A DNA stretch of 64,000 bases from Sphyrna mokarran. Its lineage: Eukaryota. The notes below the pieces were generated by a model that saw nothing but the letters and a program-made list of their open reading frames with translations, had not been told where the DNA came from and made no database searches. Shown here one piece after another: positions 1 through 12,328 of this stretch. The stretch spans positions 54,622,001 through 54,686,000 of the forward strand of contig JAGIQG010000012.1 in assembly GCA_024679065.1 (NCBI GenBank). The letters are read 5' to 3'. The position numbers and the translations under genes were made by a program. Position 1 is the first letter of the stretch. Each line of letters begins with the position of its first letter.

Positions 1-3000
1 CTCGCCCTGTCCCTGCAAAATGAGAAATGAAATAAAAGTGATTTTCCTTTGCCATAATGTTCAGCTATAGCATATTTTGGTATGAGACAGGGACTTGTGT
101 CCTTACTGGTGAAATGATGAATTTATTGTACTTAATTCAGTGAACTGGTTAAAAATAAGTAAATTTTCCACTCTAATGAAGAGGAATAGCTGGTCCAAGA
201 CCTGAAAAATGAACCTTTGCATTGCCAACAAAAATATCAAGTGTTTTAAACATCCCACTCCAGTCCATTTCTCTTTGAAATATGTGAAACACAGACATAC
301 GGACTAGATAGATGTGGCTGTCTTTAAACTCCTTGTTTGATTTATTCCGCCTCTTTTGGGTCTATGTTTTCCAATTGTTTCTTTTCCATTTGAAATCCCA
401 TATCAGATTTGCAAAGAGTGCTCAGCAAGTAAATTGGTGACAGGGAATAATAAAACGTGCAGACTTGACATTCTAAAGAGATTCCAGCAAATTCGCCAAC
501 ACTTAATGCTCTGTTAAAGGGCTACTATACTGCAAATAAATCACATCCTTTTAACTTCCTCCTCTCTGCAAAAAACAAAAACACCAACAAGAAATATTCA
601 TGTTGTTACCCAATTCAGACAAAAAAAGTATCCTGTAAGGATCCAGATAAAGATAATTTGGTTGTAATCTCCTCAATGATCTATATACTGTATCTAAATC
701 TATATGCAAATAGAAGCTTTCAAGCATTTAACACAATCCCCAGCATCTAGGGTGAGAGCTTTCAGTTTACATTGGCTGCTTAAATAATTTACTCTGCTTG
801 CTTGCCTATTGGCATTGAAGCTGCTCCGGTAAAACCCACAAAGCACACTCTGAATAACCAGATGGACTAACTATGCAGCAGGTGGAACACATGGCACAGA
901 GCCCTGTCTGATACTGGATGCTTCAGCACGAACTAGCTTCCTTCCAGGTATATTAGCGTCAATCCAGCTTCGTCTGAAATTCTGCTTCTTTTTTTGGACT
1001 CTTCCATTTCATCTCAAAAATTGTGTGCTGACCAGTTATCTCTGGCGCTGTCCCTATTTTGTAAATGATTGCTGCAAGATTAATAACTCTAATTTCTTTC
1101 AAAATGAAATGATAACTAATCTCAATGTTTTACCAATGTTTGCTTTACCTATAAATAGTTCAGCTGAAAGGAGATAAAATTGCAAAAATAAATGTGGCAA
1201 TGAATTGGACACCTAAAAGTGTGCATGACTTTCAAGATTTGTTGGTTCTTCATCTGCTTAATGACCAAAATGGTAAGTATGTTTGTTCATTATATTCCAT
1301 AAGTTGCTAAACCTGACAGGTGTAAATCATCTACATTTTGTAATGACTTTTTTTTCTTTTATCAAGTCTCTCACAGCTACTTTCCATTACATTCATTTAA
1401 AAACTTTGCCCTCAAATCTTAATCAGGTGCGCTTGACCTCTTTTATGAAATCTCTAAAGTTATACCACAGGATCTAAAACCAATTGCAATAAAGTACATG
1501 GTAAAGTTGGCTAAAGTCATATTGCAGATGACAAATCATTTTGTACATGCCATGATAAAACTTTGCTTCCTGGTGCGTGCTTTAAGGCAGAGCAAGTTGG
1601 ATCATCCACTTCCTCTTAACAGTAGAAAGACCCACTATAAAGTTTACCAGGTAGCTTGATCCTCCAACTTTTAAACCCCAGATTTTATGTCAGAGTGGAT
1701 TGATAATGCACATCATCCCAAGCTCAAAATGATTTGATATTTGGTGGAATTTAGGAGTCAGATTGGGTACCTGACACTGCACCTTCCCTGCATTGGAAAT
1801 TGCTTCACATCAAGGCCAAAGTGCAAGAACATTTGCAATCCAAATTAAATAAGAGCTTGGCCCAACACGTTTAAAAAAAAAACACTGCTAAACCCTTCTC
1901 TGACTCAAATCGGTATTCATATATGATTTTTCTTTTTGTGGAAAGTTTGGATGATTTGAATAAAAATTAAAACAAATTAATTCTTGGATGTCTTTTTAAC
2001 TGGTAGGGCGGCCGCCTTCCTAAGGCACCCTGCTGCTCCTTGTTTAGGAAACAAACCGTGCCTAGCGGAAGAACGCTTCTCGCTTTGGCGTGTTCTGTTT
2101 GGGTTGTCCACATCCTCTGGTACAAGCCTGTTTTTGCATTGCACACACCAGCTGCTGACTAGATTTGGACCAAACTGTTTTGTTTTAGGGAGTGACCTAC
2201 TTCATGCACACAAAACAACTTGACCAAACCCAGCTCCCTGTACTCAATCCAGGAGGGGGAAAAGAGAAAGAAAATAAATAAACAAGCTACGATCCACTGT
2301 CTTCCACGAGGGTGGAAGTTGCTGCAATTGCACAGGATTGAGATATTCCCACAATCTATCAGGGTGAACTATCATCTTCCCTTATCCATGTTTTGTGCAA
2401 TGTGGTTTGGTGGCAAGCTACTTAATACCAACATTGTTCTATCAAGACAAATTGGAGGCACATTCAGGGGACTAAATTGCAATTTATGATGCTGATTATA
2501 AAGAATAAGGATCGCTGCAGTGGATACTGTTCCTTCAAATATGCTAACAAAATAGAACTATTTAAAGATCTAATGTCGCCACAGTTGAAGATTAGATTGT
2601 CCAACATGAAATTAAAATCTGGCTTCCTACCCAAGCTTGAGCTGAGGAATTAAAAAGAATTTGACAAAAAGGTCCAAATATTAATTACAATATCCACGGG
2701 GACTATCCTGGAGTTCAGAAGCAGCAGCCAACTGAAGCATTATTGAATCACTCTAACTTATAAGCCTTTGCACGTAAACGCCTTTTCTAAGAACATTATC
2801 TTAAAAATAAACAGGCTTCAACTCTTGGAAATAGCTTTTCAACTTTTCTGGATACATCGAAATTAAAATTTTAGAGCTTAAAAATGATTTTTTTTCCCTC
2901 CCCATCTGCTTTCTGTAACAAATTGAAAAAGTAACCCTCTGGATTGCATGCTTGCCTAAAGCAGACTAAATGAAAATGAAGTAGCTGTACTAAATCGACT

Positions 3001-5844
3001 TTGGGAAAAGGTAGTCATTTTACGTACGTCTCTCTGGTTGAATTATCCAACACTGACGCAAGTAGAAAAATAAAATTCAAACACTGAGATGCCACAGCAT
3101 GGCTTACTGCCGTTTGAATTGATATCCAAAGTATGAATCATTGAGTTTCACTGATGTAAAACTTGGTATTTTATTCACACTGGGTAACAAGCTGCCTCCA
3201 GAAATGATTGCCCATGCCTGTTCAAAATATATCAACATTTCAAAGCTCTCATCATTTTATCGAGTAGCTGAACAGGACAATTATTGCAATCTGCACTTTC
3301 TACGTTATCTGAGGCACAGTCATGATAAAAATTAAAGTGTTACAAACACAATATAGCTAAATTAATACATGTTGGAGTCTTTATTCACCTAAATTTTATG
3401 TGCATACTTGACTTAAATTATTCAAATCAGGACTAAACATATACCAGTTAATATTTATTTACAGAATTGCTCAATTTTGGGAGTTTGAATAGCTTGCTCT
3501 TTTTAAAAAATATATACATACACACACATCAAGATAATTTACAAGTTAGACAAAGAATAATGCATGAACGAACAGAATAACAATAAAAGACAGGATGGAA
3601 AGGCAAATCTTTAGCAGCAGTAAGATATAAAGTCAGCGTCAGAGTTATCTGCTGGAGAATTCGAAGACTGGACAAGTGGACAATACAGGCATTGGGCCTC
3701 AAGTGAAGCTGGACATATACTTGTTCTGAAATGTCTTATCTGTGTAACCTGCTGGGATTAGTTTAACACAGTAAAGCCAATTATAGCACTTGCCATTACG
3801 CCAGCTATCTCCAACCACCACCCCCACCTCCCCCATCCCCCGTCCCTTACAGGCACTTTTATGTCTGAACACTGCCCTTAAGTGTGGAACGAACCTCTCC
3901 TCTTGATTTCCATAAAGAACAATCATACAAATAAAGCCAAGTCTGTGCTGTGATTCAGCAGCAGTACTGAAGCAGGCAAGACCTATTCCATCTGTGGAGC
4001 TGTGGCCATATGATTGATTGGACAGGTGTCATTCATTCTAATGTTAAAACCTGACAGTGCTGATCTGTAAGGCTCTCCCGACTAATACAGTCTGAAGCCA
4101 ATTACATCGCTCCATATGGGTACAGTAAAGTGGCCACCGCAACAAACAGTTGCGCCTTGCTCGCGCCACAATAGCTTGAGCGGTCATTTAAGGAAAGGCC
4201 ATTTTGTCAAGGGAGACCCAAGCTCGCCTTGCTGCACCACCCTTTAATGTGCCTTATATCAATTTACATTTTGCTTACGCTTGAGGTGACACTTAGTAAT
4301 AGCCAAACAGTTATTTTGGCGTAAGCGTGGCCAGGGGAGAAAGGAACGTTAGGAACCTGGTGAGCAACTTTTTTTTTCGTTGTCGCTTCAAGTCCAGGGA
4401 GAGAGAAGCAAAGGAAGATGCAATAACTGAGTAGCAAGCCAGCGAGATTGTTCATGTCGGAGCCACACTATCAAACACACGTGAAGTATGATTGGGGACA
4501 CAGGGGGTAAATATTTCACTGCCAGACAGTACTGAAAGCTGCAATTCATTTCTCTCTCGGTTTAGGACAATGACAATTTAATACAAGGCAAGTGAATGTA
4601 AAAGAGATAATACAGCACAAACTGCTTCAGTGTAATCGCCTATTTCCTCTGGAGAGCTTAACCACAGTGGCACAGGCACACATTGAGCAGATCAAAAATA
4701 TATTGTTTTTTTTCTCAAGCTTTCCAATTAAAATATTATTGGTAGGCTTCTGCAGCTCTGGAAGGTTTACTGAACACAAAGACAGGGAATACACTTGTTT
4801 TACAAAAAGAAGCTTTGGTGAGAAATGAAAATCAGGAGCCGCAAAGGTTTTTTCTTTATTTTTACTGCAGGTTAATTACTGTAGCACAGGAGGCTCTGAT
4901 AACAAAAGAGTGCAGCCAAACACATTCAAATGAACACACTAAATAGCCGTATTCCCTGGAAATGCAAGGTTGTCACAGTGAACATCCCAGCACCTTTCAA
5001 ATGGAGCTCTGACCTCTTGCAATATTTAAAGCTCCGTGCAAATATGCAAAACCAGCTGAACAGCAGGGGGGAAAGAAAACTCCGTTGAGGCATTTTGAGC
5101 AGTGAAGGTATTTTCATACAGGTTTGTGACGTTCTCCCCCATACCCCGAGCCTGTTGCTGACTTGAACAGGGGCGATCATTTAAAGAGATGAATGATACA
5201 ATGAAAAGTAAAATAACTTGAGACAAGTTGTCAGCTAACTGAGATCAAGGCACAGTTTATCCCCCCCTCCTGCCAATTCCCTCACTGCTCCCCCCTCCGC
5301 AACATCCACACCCCACCGCACCCCCCCGTCCTTTTTTTGCTGCAAGCTGCCAGTTAGAAATCCCCCTTTATTCTTCAAAAACAAAGGCCATGTGTACAAA
5401 TTTCATTCGGATGCAACTACGTTAAGCAGATTATAAAAAGCAATCGTACAAATTAGCTTTTAGAGCAGGAAATCAAGAAAGCTTTTTTTTCAAAAAAATC
5501 CTCACATCCCTTAAAATGAAGCACTAAAAAAAATCTACATATAAAATAGATACAGAAGAAATATATAGCATTTGACAGCACAGTGCTTGTCCATTCCTTT
5601 GGCTTCCTCACATCTTTGGCTAAATTACAAATAGCAGCACAATATGCAGTAACAGTAGACTGCTTCTGGGAATCTGGAGATAATTCAGAAAACATCCGTT
5701 GCACTGAAGAGTAGGACGTAATCCTGGCACAAAACATGCAAGCAAGCAGCACAGACACACAGGGAGATACACACATATACAGCAAACCCCTATAGCCCTG
5801 CAAAGCAAAAAGCCCAGAATGGGGAGGAAAAAAAAGGTACCTAC

Positions 5845-5900
5845 TCTTCGTCGTAGTGGAGAGAAAAAGATTCAGGGAGACAAAGTTCTACCAAATCCAT
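5845..5900 (-). CDS. ESRRG: First coding exon of estrogen-related receptor gamma (ERRgamma/NR3B3), long N-terminal isoform; the remaining exons lie beyond the left edge of the window
   Basis: Minus strand reads ATG GAT TTG GTA GAA CTT TGT CTC CCT GAA TCT TTT TCT CTC CAC TAC GAC GAA GA|GTAGGT = MDLVELCLPESFSLHYDE(E). This matches the human ESRRG N-terminus MDSVELCLPESFSLHYEEE as I recall it. 56 coding nt, phase-2 GT donor at 5844. Confidence 0.95.
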
Positions 5901-6069
5901 GTGCGCTCAGCACCATTATTCGAGCCCACACTCCTGGCAATAAATCAAAGTTCCCTGACAGAGTGGCGCAATTAACACAAATGTTCTCTGGTGACAGCCT
6001 ATAGGCAAAGCCAGCTGGGACCAGGCTCGCACTCTCCTAATCAAGGTCTTAAAGTCCCGATTGTAGCTT
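5901..6069 (-). other. ESRRG: ESRRG exon 1 5'UTR (start approximate)
   Basis: Directly upstream of the ATG. Minus-strand text AAGCTACAATCGGGACTTTAAGACCTTGATTAGGAGAGT...GAGAACATTTGTGTTAATTGC...ACTTTGATTTAT...AATAATGG..GCACATG closely resembles the human ESRRG mRNA leader as recalled. Confidence 0.7.
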
Positions 6070-6260
6070 ATTAATATGAAGCAGGTCTTTACATATGCAA
6101 TCCCCGACCTCACCAGTCATCGCATTGGTGGGATTGCAGCCAGTCAGAGCAAAGCACTGCAGACAGGACAATTCCTACACTGGCTTAGGGAAGCAATGCA
6201 GGTACAGTAGGCGGGAAGTCTCTAAACAGGGAGGAGGGAAGCAAAATTCCACAACCATAT
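6070..6260 (-). promoter_or_regulatory. Proximal promoter of ESRRG exon 1
   Basis: Position upstream of the inferred leader; AT-rich TATA-like TATGTAAA (minus, ~6088-6095), CCAAT (minus, 6124-6128), GGCGGGAAG GC/E2F/ETS-like site near 6210; no repeats. Confidence 0.5.
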
Positions 6261-9200
6261 ACAGTACAGCATTTAAAGCACAGTTTTCCATTTGCCTTTA
6301 AACAATGTACAAAAGGAGCTTAAAGGGACAGTGTTCGTTTGCTCTTTTGAAGTTCCTGTGAAAATGACTGACTGCTAATAGAATTCATTTTACTACAGGT
6401 TTATTACAATTATTTTGCCTGTAGTATTCTTAATAAAATTCTTGTAGAGTAGAATTAAATATTTACAGTAGTCCTTTTCTGTGCCTTTCTATATAAAATC
6501 CATGAGGTTTTTTTATACTCTTTTGATAGCTAAACTGTCTTTCCCAAAGCATTGTAAAGGCAATCACCATTTTATCTTGTAAAAAGATTAAAATCTAAAC
6601 ACAGACTGCACCATCTCCTGAAAGCTGCTCTTAAAGGGCTCTCATGCCATTTTTACCTTTTTTTCTAAATTTAGAAGTCAGCAATGGTTAATAGATTTCA
6701 CACATTGAGCTAGTTACGTTACTTAACAAATATTGGACTTATCCAATGTTAATTTTGCAAAGTGGTGGCTTTTATTCTCTCCCTCTCTTGCCAATTTTGA
6801 ATAAAGCTGAGGGCTCATGAGAGAAAAGTTAGCAGGGGGAGCTTTTACACCTTTATATTCAACTTGAAAACTAAGAATCCATTAGAAGAATGGTGACAAA
6901 TACTTCCCTTGTGCAAACACCAATATCTTTACTGTGTTGACATGAATTGCTTGCTACAGAGCAATACGTCGATGTGGCTTGAAGCAATTGTAGAAAGGCT
7001 AACCGGCGTCAAAGCCATTGCAAGAGCTGTTCTGAAATACAGCTCCTCCAATCATAGTCTCCTTCCAATGATGCGAGCTCCAACAGCTGGCTGTCTCTCT
7101 GCATTCTGTTAACCCAATGCAAACCCCTTTTACCGTCCAGAAGCAAAGCTGCCTCAGAATTGCTTCTGATGTTGAATTAGCCATTCTGCAACCGCAGACG
7201 CACTGATAGTTGCTCGCTTGTAAGTGTGTATTAAAGGTTTGGTCATCTTTCAATAAAGTTGAAGATATCTTCAGAAAGAAGAATTCTGTCTAATTATGGC
7301 ATGGGTGAGGACCAGATTCAGCTGAGTTTGCAGATTTCATCAACAGGCAGTTTCACTGTATTTAGATTCAATTATTGACATTTACATGCCAGGGAATCAA
7401 AGATCAAGTACAAGTAATTTTTGCTACAATGCATACATTTGTCTAGACTAGCACATCAAAAAAATTTATTTAGAAGCGCTAAACCTCTGCACTCATATTT
7501 CTCATTTTTGGAATTTTTTCCCCTTATAATTTAAATTTGACTTATCCAATGTTCAAGTCAAATGCAGTGAATTAACAATATACCTGCCAGTACTCACATA
7601 CGGAAAAAACGCCATTCAAACGGCACTGGAAGACAGCATTAAGTTGTCACTTTAGAAGATCCTGGCACTGTATGGGCATTGGAGGCATAGTCCTTTGCCA
7701 GAGTTTCGCAGCCCAGATGCACACACTCGCTCCTCACACTACACTTACAGTTCTCCAGATAAAACACCACATGGCTGCGCCCAGCTCCTCTGACTTTCAA
7801 ATCACCCAGGAGAACATTTTAAATAGAAACAAGATGTTTATCGTAATTCCAAGCCATCCCTCTTTAAAAAAAACTGTTGCACGTATACAATGACAAAACA
7901 TTTTTTTTCTCTCCTTTCTGGTTCCAAACAGGAGGAGCAACCATGCACCTAGCTCCATCAATCGCACATGACCAGCCCTTGATATTGTTATACGCTGTAC
8001 TGACAGTACGTACCTACAATCTATTTCATCTCTGATGTGCTGCTTAGAAGAAATGTTATCATGTGCAATGGCCTGGATCATATGGTATTGACCAGCCCGA
8101 CACATTTCATATTTATTTTGTGTGTCGGATCCTGCTTTTTTGGTGGGATTGTGTCAACTGGCCACAGCACGTACCAACAGAACCTGCAAAATCTGCTTCA
8201 GCACAGACCCAGCCACTTTGCACTCGCCAAAGTGAGAATTCCGCATCTTTTCTGAACACAAACTTTGCATTAACCCAATGTTTGGCAATAAGCACAGAGG
8301 AAAGCATAAGCAATCGGCTGTATATTTGTATACAGAATACATTTCTTCACAAAGTTAGTGAGAACACGTCACTGTTCAATGCGGCTACAGTGGACATAGT
8401 GCCACGGACACGGCCGCCTAAAAATATCACACCTTCATGGGGAAAGCGGGGGCGGGGGGAGGGCTCACAAAGCATCTCAACAACATACAGGCTTACAAAT
8501 GCAACACGCTGTCAAAAGCGATCATCATATCATGCTGCATATCTTCCTGTTCCATTGATGCAAATGCCAACAGGAAATCTCCACTCTCCCTGACAAATCT
8601 ACATCTGTACAAGGAAAGAGATGCTATTTTTCGGTGCTTCTGCTGCTCCAATTATTATCATTATTTCACAATCTATCCAACTCTTACACCCAACTGCGCA
8701 AAACAGTTGCATCGTGTGGGAAATCGATCACAAATTATATAAACATGCTATTGCACTCGTGGATATGGGATTTTTATTTTAAATTAATTCAAATTAAGAA
8801 TGGCTGCTCCATTAACGGGCAATTCGCCTCTCATCACCAGCACATTAACCCATAAAGTACTGGTGCCCTTTAAAAGCATTAATATTTTGTGCAGTATTCT
8901 CTATGCACTAATGATCTGTAAATTCAAAAACCTTATGAGCGCAACATTAAATAAATGCAATACTCAGCCAATTTAAAACAAAATGTATTCCAATAGATGT
9001 ACATGCTGCAATTTGCTCTGCCCTTTATTCCTGGTAAACTCATTCTTGCCAGGCTATAGGGGCGAAAGCAGGCAGCTGTATGTTCTTATGTAATGCAATA
9101 TATTTAACATAATCTTGAAAGATACTGCTTTGACAATGCAATATTGTAAAATAGAACACTGTAACCAAGAAGTCGTGAAGTGATATATATTGCACAAATG

Positions 9201-9434
9201 CCTAGTTACATTTCGCAGAGTCTTTAATAGCTGAATTTTTAACTTGAAAAACTGACAAGATAAATATCTATTTTTTTTCAGTTTGTAAATGCTGGAAAAA
9301 ATCCAAATTCATCTGTTTTGCGTGCATCATTAATAAAGTATTGAAAGCATATAGGAACATGAAAGCCACAGAAACAAATTTCACAGATCAACTTGACATA
9401 ACCAGTTAATAAGAACTTCATTTATTTTTTTTTT

Positions 9435-9741
9435 CATAGAATTCCTACAGTACAGGAAGAGGCCATTCAGCCCATCAATCCTACACCGATATCAATTCTA
9501 CCTATCACGATAACACCACATATTTACCCTGCTAATCTAACTGACTGACACTAACGGATAATTTAGTATGGACAATCATCCTAACCCACTCAGCTTTGGA
9601 CTGTGGGAGGAAACCGGAGCACTCAGAGAAACCGACACTGACAAGGGAAGAATGTGCAAACTCCACACAGACAGTCACCCAAAGCCGGAATTGAACCCAT
9701 GTCCCTGGCGTGCAGTGCTAACCATGGTGCCACCTTGCCGC
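9435..9741 (-). mobile_element. HE1-type tRNA-derived SINE with CR1-like tail
   Basis: Reverse complement of the tRNA head, the GGACTGTGGGAGGAAACCGGAGCAC core and the CATAGAATTCCTACAGT tail shared with other copies in the window. Confidence 0.85.
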
Positions 9742-11869
9742 ACTTGGGATCACCCACCTGCAAAATGATGGAGTGAGTATTGCTTATGCTTGCTCAATTT
9801 TGATCCTTATCTCTTGGCTTCACACACATTTTAACATCAGAAGACAGATCTTATTTTGAACAGTCACTTACCGCCACCATCATCAGGAGTTTAAGTATTT
9901 TGAGGATGGAAATAACACAAAAAACATAACAATATTGACTTGATATCTAAAATAGTGCTTTTGAAAAGTGCTTGCTGAGTGTTTTGTAACCAGTGGATTA
10001 AAGGAATGTTTCTATTGATTACAAAATGTACCCAAAACATACGGTTGATGGACTTCTGCATCATCTGTAATTTTACGTTTACATCCATTTTACATTCAAT
10101 GCCAGTGCTGCAATCAGAATTTGTATCCAAAATACTTCTATATCTTAAATCTGGTGGTTAAATATTTTTAATAATTGCCATCAATCACTGATGTAGGTAA
10201 GTATCTTGTGCATCTGACAATAAAAAGTTATGCCAATTATTTTGGCCAGCAAGTTTCTGGGTATTCTTTATTTCATCTGAGGACCAGCAGAGACAATCCT
10301 GAAATGCTGTGCTATTTAAGCTGTGATCACTGGTCACTAAAATATCCTGCTATTCCGTTCCTGACAATAGAGGGCAGTGATGACTCTATGCTTCCTTCCA
10401 AGGAGCACAATGAACATTCACAATGTTCTTTACATCTGCGACTACAGTCCTTAACCAACATGCACCTATCTTCAGAAAGTGCAGGCAATGAAAGAAAGGA
10501 CACATGCATGCATCAGATATTGAGTTTACCCTCATGAGGTATGCTGTTGCCCAATTGATACGAACAACTGATAAAATAATCACCACGGGCATCAGGCAAT
10601 GCAATTGTCACGTTGAAAAAAAAAAGGTGGCAGGTCGCAGGCACCCTACCATTTTGATATGTTAATAGCTCTTCTTGGCCTGTGGGTGGTCTGCTTTTGA
10701 TGCTATTAACAACTTCAGTACTAAATCAAGTGACTGGTATATTCAGGGGAATCGATTCAAAATCTTCACCCCATTTAAACCCTATGATAATATTCATATG
10801 ATGGAAAAATAATTTACATATGTTTAAGGAAAAAAACACGTGCAAAATTCTTTATTTTGGATTAACTTAGCATTGCCCTGTAGATTATGATTGCACCACA
10901 TTCCTGCATTACAGCACAATGGAAGTTTTAGAAATAAAGGGATTTCAGTAATTTAATCGTTATAAGCAATTCAGTCTTTCTTAGCATGTTAATTCACGCT
11001 TAATATTTTCATAAAATGTGATTCTTCAAACTGAGCCTCTAGTATTCACAGGGTTAATGCAATGCACTCCCAACATTGCATACATACGCACCATATCGGT
11101 GCACAATACATCAACTTTATCTATGCATCATTTAGCCTTTTTAAGCTGGCAAAATGAATTGTGATTTTCCATTTCATATCAGCTAATCACGAGGCATAGC
11201 TCTTTAACCACTACAATACGTTTAATCCTGCACTCCATACACACTCCAAATAATGCATAGCATGCGGGTAATTAAAAATGTCAATTAATTGGGAATCAAG
11301 CAGAGCCCTACCACCTTGTCTCCCAGGCCACATTTCACAGATCGTTTTATTTGTGTGTCCCTGATCTAAACGTTTGCAGCAGTTAAGGCTTTTGAGAAAG
11401 ACATTACTTCTGACACATCGCAGAAATATGTTTAAAATGAAAAGTGGAAGTGGTAGTTATAGTTTACAGAGCACAATCATGCCTTCACGTTTCCTGACAT
11501 GTCCCCTGCTACTTTTCCATGTGATTTAATTTCACCATGAGCGCTAGTAACAAAATAAATGAAGAGCTCTTAGGCTTCACCTCACTACCTGAATTTTTTT
11601 ATATAGTCTTGTAACAATAAGCAGCACATATATTTAATACAAACTTCAAATAAAGTGTGCAAATACCACAGAGGAATATCTTTACCATCACTTTCAGAAT
11701 GAGTATGGTGGGTTCACTCCCAATGCCTGCAGCTTTTACATACTACTGTTCTGAATCCTTGAAAGCTCAGCAAGGATGACACCACTGTTGCACCAAAATC
11801 ACCACAATTATATTTCTTCTGTTAGCTATGTCTGCATAAATGGTGAACCCCAATCCCACTTGAAGCCAA

Positions 11870-11994
11870 CGGCCAGAATTTAACCACCGCGCCCGCCCCA
11901 GAATCGGGAAGAATGAGGCTTGCAGAACAGTATGCTCTGTTGGTTTCGGGTGGCATCTTACAACCCTCGGGCAGGCAGGCAGTAAAATTCCAGC
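11870..11994. mobile_element. ~125-bp MITE-like element
   Basis: Imperfect terminal inverted repeats GGCCAGAATTT...AAAATTCCAGC; same size and ends as copies at 35497, 37013, 43757, 47838 and 57560. Confidence 0.55.
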
Positions 11995-12074
11995 AAACAT
12001 TCTTAAGCACGTTACTACCACCCATTCCATACCAGTATAAGTGAGGGACAAAGTTCCTTTTTTTTTCACAGACA

Positions 12075-12328
12075 TTACAGAATCCCTACAGTGCAGAAGG
12101 TGGCTATTCAGCCCATTAGATCTGCACTAACTCTCGGACAGAGCATTTCATCCTAATCCACCTTTGCACACTCAGGGCAATTTAGCATGGCCAATTCACC
12201 CAATCTGTACATCTTCGGACTGTGGGAGGAAACCGGAGGAGAACATGCAAATTCTACACAGTCACCCAAGGCCTGAATTGAACCTTAATCACTGGTGCTA
12301 TGAGGCAGCAGTGCTGCCGTGCTAACCC
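12075..12328 (-). mobile_element. HE1-type SINE
   Basis: AGAATCCCTACAGTGCAGAAGG tail, GGACTGTGGGAGGAAACCGGAG core, GAGGCAGCAGTGCT head. Confidence 0.85.

Noticed and set aside
4264-4455. 63-aa minus-strand ORF with a signal-peptide-like start
   Set aside because: The hydrophobic start derives from a pyrimidine tract; its best donor (4278) is phase 0, incompatible with in-frame splicing to ESRRG exon 2; no homology recognised.
8063-8593. Longest ORF in the track (176 aa, plus strand)
   Set aside because: No recognisable domain, composition like translated non-coding DNA, and it lies in the ESRRG upstream regulatory region.
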